This document shows positions 53,451 to 64,000 of a stretch of 64,000 nucleotides of DNA, piece by piece. A program made the position numbers and the translations under genes. Position 1 is the first letter of the stretch; each line of letters opens with the position of its first letter. Below the pieces are notes generated by a model that was not told the DNA's origin, ran no database searches, and saw only the letters and a list, made by a program, of their open reading frames with translations. This DNA is from Octopus vulgaris (taxonomy: Eukaryota), in contig OX597815.1 in NCBI GenBank assembly GCA_951406725.2, positions 42,656,001 to 42,720,000 on the forward strand, written 5' to 3'.

Positions 53451-54699
53451 TATTATTTTGTCAACTATACCACGATTTCATTGTCCACGTGCGACGTTTT
53501 AAGGATATATATTAGTCCCCGACAAATAAGCAGAGAGGATGTCTTACAGTGTGTATAAATATCTATGCGTTTAGGAAAAATAAAGTATTTAGAAAGAATA
53601 GAAAATCCATTGTATTAACTTGCAAAGCTAATGTTTATTCTGATAGAGACTGATGCGTTTAGTGATTTTTATATTCGAGGACAGTTTATTCGAATTTAAC
53701 AAAAATTTTACATTCAGATTGATTTATTTCAAAGCCTATTCTTTTCCATTCTTCTGTTAAAACTGAAAGACTTCCATGTCTGAGTCAACGCTGTCCATGG
53801 CAGTTACATCGTGTAAATATCAAACGTTCAGCCTGTTTCAAGTTATAGATAATAGGCTGAATAGCCAAGTGAAAATGTAATGGATCTAATGGATCACTTT
53901 GTTGTGCCACTTCTCGAGATATTAATGTCTTTGTGTTGCATTTGAAGAGATGATAATACATATGAGTGAATATCCAGGCGTATTTTTAATACCTCATTCA
54001 AAATAAAACTAATGCGATTGTGAAAATGTATCTTCCACAAAACTATTGTTGTCAATATTGGAATACAAAGGATGTATGTATGATTCAGCTTGAATTTTTA
54101 TGAGGCAAAGCTAAACTTGTAAGGATATAGATAAAGGTAACTGTAGTCCTGGAGATCATGCTCTCTCTCTCTCTTTCTCTCTCTAAGGTAAAAAGCAACA
54201 TTGTGTTGCTATTAGGTCGCATGACATCATCGCTTTTAAAACCTAAGTTTGACACTGAAAAGGAAAACATTGAGCCAAGTATAGGTCTTTTTATTACATG
54301 GTGGTTTTAAAAGTAAGATTTAATTTGATGAGGTTTTGTATTCAAAATTGGTTGTAGCATCGATATGGTTAAGTAATGTGTCATTTGTACACGATTTTCT
54401 ATGGAGCAGACGAAATTACGTCAAACGCACAAATCAACTACCTGGCAAGCTTCTGGTAAATTTTGATAATCATTTTTTAACTAGTTTTGTTATTCTTTTA
54501 TGCCCTGATTTTAAGCTTTGCTAGGGCACATTTGTTGTAACCCCCTCCGGGACAAGCTGAATCAGTCTAAAAATTTATTGTACCAACGATACAAATTATT
54601 ATTTTTCAGCGTCATATTTTTATTGCATGGTTTCTCTGAACGACTAGCTTGGCGATCTACGAGTCTTTGATACGCTTAGTCTTTGATACGTTTAGTTTT

Positions 54700-56720
54700 G
54701 GTCTCGCTTCGAGGATAAGTTTACAGTGCCTAATAGGACTATTTTCTATATTTATATATTTCTAAATCTCAGAGATTGGGTTATCCATTTTAATGTATAT
54801 TCCTATTAATTTATAGGGTTTATTTCTGCTTTTTTCTATCACGAGATTTTATATATCACAGTTTTCAGATATTTATATTTGGATAATCTATTTCTTTTAA
54901 AGATACAGTATCATCTATTGTGAGTGATGCTTAGGTTATATGACACGTTACTTGGTAGGGGAGAAATAGTGTATTTATATATAGTATTTTATTATCTCAT
55001 TCGTACTCTCAAATTTTCTTCGTCATTTCTGTGCGTTGCATTTAATCTAGTCCTATGTATTTGTACTTGGGATTCTGGTATAATTCTCTGTGTTTCATTT
55101 AATGCTTTCATTTCTAGTTTGGCATGGCTTGGATGATGCATTTTGTTTGTATTAGGGTTGCTTGATAGTTATAGAGATTCTCAAGTATCAAAGAGTATGA
55201 TATACTGTTAAGTACTTTTCAGTAATGCATTATTTATGGCATGCTAAGGCTTGTTTTCTTTTTGCTGTCTTTAATAACAACCATGAATTCCTTCCTGGCA
55301 TTCTTTGTGTTCCGCTGGCAATATCTTATTGCTCTCCTTGTGAATAACAAAACTTTTGTATAGTATGTCTGCAAGTGCTTTGTATATCGTTACTAAGCAA
55401 GTTACAGTACTTTAGTTTTAGGTTTCTCTAATATTGAGGAATGAATATTTCCGCCCTTATGTTTTGATTTTGTTCTACTTAACACATCATTGAATGCTAT
55501 GACCATACACGTGAGCACTGGTCAGGTGTTTCAATCAGAAGCTGAGAACCTTTTCTGTTCCAGGTGTTCTTCATTTCTAAATGTGTTGGTGAATTTCTTG
55601 CCTGCTGTTTTGAGCCTTGCTTTACGATGCTCTTGTATATTTCACCACTTCTTTTCTCATCTACAGTACATTTTGTGCAGAAAGTTTTTGTTCCATATGC
55701 ATACTTAGTGAGTTTCAATTTTTGTTGATCTTAATACGTCTCAAATTCTATGATTATTCGGTTTTGGTAGTATCACTAAAAACCTTTTAATCTGTTCTTT
55801 GATTACGGTATTTTTGTTCTGCCAGAAGCGTTCACATTTTCCGAGGTGACTTATTTGTATACTTTTGCTATCGTTTGTTTAAACCTTTTTCTTGCTTCTA
55901 CAGTGATTATTTTGTTGTTTGGGGACGTTTTTGTTTTTCACGTTAATCTTTCTTTTTCTATTTTGCTAAGTAAATATATCTCCCCTATCTTTCAATTTTT
56001 TGTAGTATATTTCAATCTAATTTTGGCGGGATGGGAATAACTGACAAAATTCCAATTCCACCGATATCGAGGATGGTTTCCCTCGACACTACTCCTCCAA
56101 CTCGCTAGACTATATCCTTCAGTTAACAATTTTTTAGATTTGCTTTCAGCTTTTTCACGTCTAGTATAGTATCTTGTTTCACCTCACAACCGACTCTCAA
56201 TTCAATCTCTGTATAATGCACGCTAGCATACTTAAAGATATAAATCAGATTATTGTGTATATGTTTTATAGCTATTTGTATTAATTCTCCATGAGATATT
56301 TTAGCTATAACACAATTTGGCTTTCTACTTGGATAAAGTCCCTTCTTCCCTGTATTTCTGGTAAATATAATATTTCCATGTCATATTTTAAGCTGATATG
56401 TTCTAAATGCAGCCGTTATATTTCTTGTTCTTTTTTTTTGCATATTCTTGTGTATAAAATTCAGTGGTATGTTGGGAAAAATACAGCAATAACTTATATT
56501 GGTTATTATCATAGTTTTTATGTAGAGATCTGTTTTTTTCTTTTATTAGTAATGAAACACATCTTTAACATTCCTTCCTAACCATTTCTTTCGTGCGCGC
56601 TTTATGCTGTCGAGTTTATTGATAGCTAAATATTTGTAAGTTTTGGTTTGGCTTAATTCCCGTTTTAGAATCCAACATTATATTAGTGGTCATTATTAAT
56701 TTCTTTGTCTTCGGTGGGGT
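54700..56720 (-). mobile_element. Probable very old L1/Tx1-like ORF2 (APE endonuclease to RT) relic
   Basis: T-skew; weak motifs in the correct order on the minus strand: NIY- (~56250), GD.N-like (~56205), RL.Y (~56010), ENLYNYQ (~55170), IIPESQV (~55075). Confidence 0.4.
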
Positions 56721-56790
56721 GCCTCAGTACGCAGTTAAAGGCTAATCTTTATCAATTGCTGTAGTAAATCAGCGTACTGTATTTGTGGAT

Positions 56791-56922
56791 TTCTTCTTCT
56801 TCTTCTTCTTCTTCTTCTTCTTCTTCTTCTTCTTCTTCTTCTTCTTCTTCTTCTTCTTCTTCTTCTTCTTCTTCTTCTTCTTCTTCTTCTTCTTCTTCTT
56901 CTTCTTCTTCTTCTTCTTCTTC
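56791..56922. repeat. Perfect (TTC)44 followed by (TCC)n
   Basis: 132 nt uninterrupted TTC; pyrimidine-rich tract continues to ~56980. Confidence 0.97.
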
Positions 56923-57639
56923 TCCTCCTCCTCCTCCACCCCACCTCCTCATCTTCCTCCTTCACCCCTCCACCCCCTCCTGATCGATTAACCTTCATTT
57001 CTGTGTTTCTGTTTATTGGCATATTTCAAAGTATGGTTGTTTTACTGTTCTTGGAGACTTCTGCCTCATTATATGTTTTTAGTAGTTTCTGATGAAGAGG
57101 TTTGTTCCAGTATATCGTAATCAAAGAAACTTCAGTTTCTGATTTGAGTCACGTACATCATATCCAGTGTTGGGTTTTTCTTTGTCTACTTCTACTTTTT
57201 TCATTCCCCCTTCAATATTGGCAATAATGGGAATTTTTTGTCATTGTGGAATTATGCGGTCCCAATTTTAGGTTAGATTTTAACTGTTTTACATTTCCCA
57301 TTGCAAATACATCCTAACATTCAAAGTAGATGCTATCGAGTTGCACCTCCAGAAGCTATCATTCTGCTAGTTCTTTGATCCCAGGTCTTGTTCTTTGAGG
57401 CGAAGAAATCTATCACTGAAGCTTCGGTCTCTTTTTGGTTGATGAAACGTCACGTGCGCAAGAGATAAGACATGGATCGGGGCAAGCAATAATCCGAGGA
57501 GCTAGGCGTGGCCTATATGCTTGAGTGTGGCGTCGGTTCAGTTCCTTAAAGATCTTGCCGTATGAGCGGTTTTCATATACGTTGCCTTGCTGCAAAAGAA
57601 CTCACTTTCTATTAACTAATGCCGAGTATTTTCCCCACA

Positions 57640-58062
57640 CAATGGCATACATCAGTGTGATGCCGAGATCGAATCTGCTTCTATGGTTCGGAAAATGGCC
57701 TCGGAATCCACAGATCGTCGAGGTTCTTGCAACCCGAACGAAAGACCTAGAATCATCTCGTTACTGTACTGTGATTAACTTTATCTTTTGCACAATAAGT
57801 GTTTTTGGCTGCTATGGCGGCGTTATGGCCAAGTTCGAACGCATAAAGCATGAGTTTCTGAATTCGACTACGTTGCACGTTTATGTGTGCGGCCTTCAAA
57901 TCATACACAGAATGAAGCAATGCACAACCTACCAGTCCACCAACTACCACGATACTACCAACCGTAGCGGGTAACTCGCACGGCTTGAACTGCTGCGGTC
58001 ATATGACATGCACCACGCAAACTAGTACATATCAAATATTGCAAACCTTTTAACCTACCTCA
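57640..58062 (-). mobile_element. 5' fragment of a mariner element (HTH region)
   Basis: RIQKLMLYAFELGHNAAIAAKNTYCAKDKVNHSTVTR matches the mariner N-terminal HTH; TIR-like GAGGTAGGTTAAAAGGTTTGC (reverse complement) at ~58041-58061. Confidence 0.8.
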
Positions 58063-58299
58063 ATAGTTGGATTCCTTATATATATATATATTGATATTGA
58101 TATGTATGTATATCACGTGATCACGTGACCGACCAGACCATCAGATGTTGCTACACATCGCTGGTCACAATGCGCTTCGCATTGTTTTAGCCTTCGAATG
58201 ACGCCACCCCGCTGGCTAAGTGAGCAGGCCAATGTATGTATGTGTGTGTATATATATATATATATGAAATTTATATATATACATAGACATAGTAATTCA

Positions 58300-58619
58300 G
58301 TGTCAGTCTTTAGTCTTTATGTTAAATGTCATCGTTATTTCCCTTGTTTTCCTGCCTAGTCTAGATAGATAATTTTAAATTCCGGCAAGAATTTAAAAGT
58401 GTAACTTTTTACTGGGATGACTAGAGTATTGATTCCTACTACCATATTTCTTGCATTTAGTAATCTTTCTTTAACTTGTGTGTCTTGTATACTGTCGAGT
58501 TCACTGACACTTAAGTATTTCTGTCTGCATTTTGTCTAATTCTTTTATCTCAGTTTATTTTTATAAAGTATGATATTAGTCTTCTTAGTTTTATCTTTAA
58601 CGTATTTTTCTAAGTCAAA

Positions 58620-58664
<45 letters not shown>

Positions 58665-59850
58665 CAGACATATGTTTGTTGATAAATCCGTATACTTTCT
58701 GCAATAAGGTTTCCAGTTGTACATTATCTGCAGCATACAACATGAAATTAACCATATTCATAAAGATTGTTAATTGCCGTGCTATAGCATTTGTATTCAC
58801 ATCCAGTTCTGTTTAGCATGTCGGTAAAATTGTCAATACAAGACAGAAAAAAGTGGACAGTGAGTGTCCCCTTGACTACTCCCCTTCTAATAGCGATTTG
58901 TTTAGTATTTACAATTTCATTATTTGATAGAAAATACAAAAACGTATCCCATTTGCTCATGACATATTTTCCGGTTATCAACCCATGTCATGCTCCAATC
59001 CTTTGTTTTCTTTCGTCAATCTTCAGTTATAGCTTTATTGATCAGTAATTGAGTTTACAGCCCGGTGAGTCTTTGCATCATCTCTTCAGCTCTTCTGGAA
59101 ACAGGTTATTTTCTTCTAGATGATCACTCTCTGCCATATTATTAGAGTTAAGGTTTTGTAGTATATAGGAAGACATTTCTGTAGCTATTAATTTTTTTTT
59201 TATTTTTGGTTTCTGTAGATTCCAGGCGTAAGTTGGTTTTACTCTTCAGTGAGCCAGTCAGTTGTTTCTGGATCCGTTAACATCTCAAACTTCTCTTCCA
59301 GGAACATATACGTCTCTATTAAATATTTAAACCAGAAACGGGCTTTTGTCATATCAAGACCCCTTCTAGTCGTTTGTTTTTGCACTATCTAAATTACCCT
59401 TTAATTTGTTATGGATGCTCACGATTTCTGTTTCCGTTGTCTTGACTGCTCTTCTTCGTGGTGATTCTTTCTTCCTAAGATGTACTCTTCTCAATAGTTT
59501 TGATTGCTGTTTTTCTGTGCATTGATATCTGTTTTATTTTTTAGCAAGGTTTTTTTATGGAATCGTTTCAATTTGTAGTGGGAATGTTTATTTTGCTCAC
59601 AGAATTGTCCTTTTTTTCTTTTTACACCGGTGGATTATTTGCGATTAAGCAAGGATCTTTTGTTTTATGAGTTCTTTTATTTTAAGCGGAACTTTTCTTT
59701 TGGCTATATTTGTATTGTATTTGATCCAATTCCCCTTTTTAGTTGTGTTATTTCGTTATTGATTTCACAAAGGATTGAGATACCATTTTTCTTATCTTTT
59801 CCTCAATATTTGTTTCCCATGTTTCTTGCCTGTGTTTTGATACTCATATG
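58300..59850 (-). mobile_element. Possible decayed L1/Tx1-like ORF2 C-terminal region
   Basis: T-skew; RRGLDMTK (~59345-59370) and PYCRK (~58695-58709) on the minus strand. Confidence 0.35.
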
Positions 59851-59857
59851 TGAGTGG

Positions 59858-59920
<63 letters not shown>

Positions 59921-59923
<3 letters not shown>

Positions 59924-60580
59924 TAGTTTTATTTTTTATAGCGTGCTTTCACTTCACTACCGAGCGCAGCTCTGTGTGCCTTGGGTATGTGCTGTGATTT
60001 GTTGTGATGCTCTGATGGTTATTGTATGGAAAGTGTTCTGCGTAGGATGTGTGCAGTGCCTAGTAGTGCAATTTTCTGTATGTTATATGTGTTTGTAAGT
60101 CCTGGTGTTTTTGTTATGTATTTGTCTGAATATTTTTTTATCATGCCTAATGCACCTACTATGATAGGAATTGTTTCTGTTTTCAGATTCCACATTCTAG
60201 TTACCTCTATTTCCAGGTCTTTGTATTTTGAGAGTTTCTCCATTTCTTTTAGAGACACGTTGTCATCAGCCGGTATTGATACATCAATTAGAAAGCATTT
60301 TTTTTCTTCATGGTCTCTGACAACTATATCTGGTCTGTTGGCCTTAATTTCTCTGTCTGTGTGTATCGGCATATCCCAGAGTATGGTTGCTTTCTCGTTT
60401 TCTGTGACCTTTTCTGGTGTGTGCCTATACCATCTTTTTTCTGTTGTTATTCCATAATGTTGGCATAGCTTCCAATGTATGTAGGTTCCAACTCTGTCAT
60501 GTCTGTGAATATATTCCTTCTTAGCCAGGACTGGGCAGCTAGAGATAATATAATTTATTGTTGCTTGTCCATCTTCACAT

Positions 60581-60582
<2 letters not shown>
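59921..60582 (-). mobile_element. Young 5'-truncated R4/Dong-like RLE LINE, flanked on both sides by (TAA)n
   Basis: Open frame 60582->60019: ECEDGQATINYIISSCPVLAKKEYIHRHDRVG...WDMPIHTDREIKANRPDIVV...LIDVSIP...EKLSKY...PIIVGALG...IQ* (zinc knuckle remnant, RHD, PD-D/E-K nuclease). 3' end AATAAAACTACTG(AAT)n. Confidence 0.93.
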
Positions 60583-60648
<66 letters not shown>

Positions 60649-60651
<3 letters not shown>

Positions 60652-61016
60652 TAATCATATTTTTATTACCATGCCTTCACTGCACTACCGTTCGCAGCTC
60701 TGTGTGACTTGGGTATATGCTGTATTTTATTGTGATGCTCTTATAGTTACTGTATTGAAAGTATTTTACGCAGGATGTATGCAGTGCCTAGTAGTGCTAT
60801 TTTCTGTATGTTATATATATTTGTTAGTCCTGGTGCTTCTGTTATGTATTTGTCTGAATATTTTTTTATCATACCTAATGCGCCCACTATGATAGGAATT
60901 GTTTCTGCTTTTAGACTCCACATTCGATTTACCTCTATTTTCAGGTCTTTGTATTTTGAAAGATTCTCCATTTCTTTTGGAGAAACGTTGTCATCTGTTG
61001 GTATTGATACATCAAT
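60649..61016 (-). mobile_element. Second, more diverged and shorter copy of the same R4/Dong-like LINE
   Basis: IDVSIP...ENLSKYKDLKIEVNRMWSLK...PIIVGALGMIKKYSDKY...LSIQ*; 3' end abuts (TAA)n 60583-60648. Confidence 0.92.
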
Positions 61017-61142
61017 GTATATGAGTCATTTGCGTTTGCGTTGACATAGCATTATCTATGTCCTTCGATTTACGATTGAATATTTTGTTGTGTGGCGCTT
61101 CTGTTTTCACACCAATTCCCTCCCACCAGTTGATACGTGTGC

Positions 61143-61362
61143 AGTCGGTGAGCTGGCAAAATCGCTAAAGCATTGGACAAAATTTCTTGCGGTATTTGTT
61201 CCAATTTTTTTTAACATTCTGAAATCAAATTCCGCTGAAGTCATCCTTGCCTTTCGTCCCTCCTGGGTCATTGAATTGGAGTAGCAGTTAAGAACTGAGA
61301 GTCAATCGTATCGAGTAATTATCTATTCTTAAAATTGCTGGCCTTGTGCTTAAATTCGAAAC
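61143..61362 (+). mobile_element. Meta-like SINE followed by (CAT)n
   Basis: GGTGAGCTGGCAAAATCG head, CAAATTCCGCTGAAGTC...GCCTTTCGTCC core; (CAT)n ~61364-61440. Confidence 0.8.
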
Positions 61363-61409
<47 letters not shown>

Positions 61410-61934
61410 ACACCATCATCACCATCATCGTAATCATCGTCGTCTTCGTTGTCGTCGTTGTTATTGTTGTTGACATCGCCGGTGTTCTTGTTTCTGCTAT
61501 TAATTATTATTCGTAATTTGATGACCACATCAAAAGCTCACTGCCTCGGAACAATAGTTATGAATATTTAAGAGAACATGCATGGCTTCTTAATCAATGA
61601 AAGTGCTGTTATTTAACTAAAATGTTTAATGTTGTCAAAAATGTTAATTATTAGCAATAATGTTAATCACGCATAGAAGTATATTCCTTATAAAAAAGCA
61701 TGATCAACGTTAACTAGTAGTTTGTTAGAAAAGAATATTCTAACGATAAATATTGTTACCAGTATTGATATTTCTTTGAAGAAATTGTTGTCTGCCACTC
61801 CTGGACTGCCAATCTCAAACAGTATACTACATAAATTCTTTAACTTTTCAGATAGATTCTGCACCTTTTTGTATTGTAAATTTTGACATGAAGAATGCCT
61901 ATTATTTGAGATTTGATGGTTTTGCCTATCTTTT

Positions 61935-62310
61935 ACACATGTTTCAGTCCTCAGACGGCGGTCATGCTGGGGACACTACCTTCAAGTATTTGTAGTCGAA
62001 TGAATCTACCCTAGTACCTCATTTTTAAAGCCTGATATTTATTCTATCGGTTTCTTTAGCCTAACCGCTAAATTATGGGGAGGTAAACACAATAACACCG
62101 GTTGTTAAGCGGTGGTGGAGACATCCACACACACACACACATATACGAATATACGATGGGCTTCTTCCAGTTTCAGTCAACCAAATTGTCTCATAAGGTT
62201 TTGGTCGGCCCGAAGGTATAGTTGAAGGTACTTGCCACGTCGTGAGACTGAACCCTGAATTATGTGGTCGGGAAACAAACTTCTTACCACATAGTCACGC
62301 CCGCACCTAT
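61935..62310 (-). mobile_element. Microsatellite-containing SINE
   Basis: Colinear with the 8588-8971 copy. Confidence 0.82.
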
Positions 62311-62619
62311 GTTAAAGTTCAGATTCTTTTCGATTTGTCATTTTACAATGTATTTGCCATTTTTCGTATATTCTGTTTCTAGCACTTGAAGTTTGGTGAA
62401 TAAGTGTATGTAGAGCAGCTTCGTTACATTTTGTTTTTCGAAGTACATTTTGCAAGTGCTAAAGTGGGGCATCTTGATGGAGTGGGGTATCAGTAAATGC
62501 ACTCCATTGGTGACATTTATCATCTATATCGTAACAATTGGCAGTTATGAATATTGTTGTTGTTCTTCTTTATGTCCCTCTCCTCCCTCTCTCAAATATA
62601 TATATCTATGTGGCCGATC

Positions 62620-62700
62620 GTATCAATTAGTTTCGCGCTGGGGATTCATCGGAGCGTTAGGCAACAGTCCGATTATGTAACCCTACGCTCATCAGAGGTT
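62620..62700 (-). ncRNA. Candidate degenerate hammerhead motif with long stem-II insertion
   Basis: Reverse complement: CCT-CTGATGA-GCG...(48 nt)...CGC-GAAA-CTAATT; stem I poorly preserved. Confidence 0.4.
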
Positions 62701-62721
62701 GCCGTTACGGAATGAAATATA

Positions 62722-63037
62722 GGGAAGCGCGTGGCTTAGTCGTTAGGGCATTCGGCTTATGATCGTAAGGCCGTAAGTTCAATTCCCCCGCGGCGCGTTG
62801 TGTCCTTGAGCAAGATCCTTTATTTCACGTTGCTCCAGTCCACTAAACTGGCAAAAATGAGTAGTACCTGCATTTCAAAGAGCTGGCCTTGTCACACTTT
62901 TACGTCACGCTGAATCTCCCTGAGAACTTCATTAAGGGTACATGTGTCTGTGGACTGCTCAGCCATTTGCAAGTTAATTTCACGAGCAAGTTGTTCTGTT
63001 GATCGTATCAGTTGGGTGGCCCTTGTAGTCGTAACCC
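62722..63037 (+). mobile_element. CORE-type tRNA SINE
   Basis: GGAAGCGCGTGGCTTAGTCGTTAGGG head; GTGTCCTTGAGCAAG...CCAGTCCACTAAACTGGCAAAAATGAGT body; 3' part differs from the 37237 copy. Confidence 0.85.
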
Positions 63038-63044
63038 ATGCTCC

Positions 63045-63079
<35 letters not shown>

Positions 63080-63082
63080 TTA

Positions 63083-63148
<66 letters not shown>

Positions 63149-64000
63149 TACATGTGTATGTGTGGGTGGGTGAAATTTGACTGGCGACTGTTGGTGCTGC
63201 TATCTACGGTTGTTTTTACGGTAAGAAGCGGAGAGAGTTTATTAAGAAAGAGTAGGGAGGGAGAAACATCCCTCCGTAGGAGAGAACCGCTTTCTTCGCT
63301 TTATTATTATGCAGTCTTTTTCTTACGAGTGAGAGAACATATGGAGGAATGTTTTCATATAATTCTTTTTATTCTCTCGTTTTGGATGTCCTAGTAGTTG
63401 CAGATAACGTTATTTCGCTCTTATCGGAGCTTATCAATGTATCGCAACTTGGGATCATGAAACTAGATGATCTATGTTCATTTAACATATTTAGGAATTA
63501 TATATACGACACAAAATGAATATATGAATTCTCCTTTCTTGATATGATTCTTCTTTCATGTTTTTCGATTTTAAAGTTCAAATTTCAAATCTCCAAAATA
63601 TTATGTAAAAACCAAGAAAATTCACACGTTTTCTTTATGTATTGATTTGTTATTTAGTTTCATGTAAAGATCTCTTTTTTCCTTTTCGAAATCACGTTTA
63701 ATTTATTTATGATATATGCGTATCGTCTACGCTTTAACATTCACTTGTTGCATTAATATTTCTTAATGTAAGAATGTTTTGAGTTTTAAATTATCAATAG
63801 CTTTGCTTTTTAGTGAGATAAATTTTTCTGTCTAATTTTGGATTTCACATCTAGCTGTATATTTTCTCTTGAGATTTATCTCCTGCTAAATCGTTTACTG
63901 TTATACAGGATCTGTTTTAGGCTTTCTAGTTTTTCCATTTATTTTGACACGATGGTTGCCATATGCGCTGCAGCTTGGCTTTAAATCGTAATAACTACTT

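Larger units (their letters stand above)
13599..64000 (+). other. Probable very large intron of the RASD gene
   Basis: GT donor at 13599; no downstream ORF resembling the expected continuation (GD.F.LV.S...G4 NKxD...CAAX) is visible in the ORF track or by eye. Confidence 0.6.

Noticed and set aside
56735-57022. Poly-R/E/S/F ORFs
   Set aside because: Frames of the (TTC)n repeat.
57085-57140. CTGATGAAGAGG...GAAAC possible hammerhead
   Set aside because: Stem II does not close next to GAAA and stem I is unconvincing; similar partial hits at ~9093, ~17558 and ~34522 were also dropped.
58112-58232. GC-richer 120-bp block with a double CACGTG (E-box) motif
   Set aside because: Sharp boundaries within TA/TATG repeats suggest a truncated repeat fragment; no support for a regulatory role.
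60026-60457. 143-aa + strand ORF
   Set aside because: Antisense shadow of the LINE endonuclease frame.

Overview
AT-rich, microsatellite-dense animal genomic DNA. The SINE, LINE and simple-repeat landscape looks like a coleoid cephalopod (Octopus-like); this is inferred from repeat motifs only. I can support one host coding exon: the first coding exon of a RASD-family (Dexras1/Rhes-like) small GTPase on the + strand, ATG 13340 to splice donor 13598/13599. No following exon is recognisable, so the remaining ~50 kb is probably one large intron. Everything else is repeats: several tRNA-derived SINE families, mariner/Tc1 elements and MITEs, a Helitron-type non-autonomous element, an 8-bp-TSD TIR element, R4/Dong-like RLE LINE 3' ends in (TAA)n arrays, CR1/L2-, RTE- and L1/Tx1-like relics, and Penelope-like pieces. 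The most notable hidden layer is up to five mostly degenerate minimal type-I hammerhead-ribozyme motifs, one inside a ~460-bp palindrome; four of them have a local helix that would compete with the catalytic fold. Almost all ORFs in the supplied track are microsatellite artefacts. All calls are by eye; no database searches were run.
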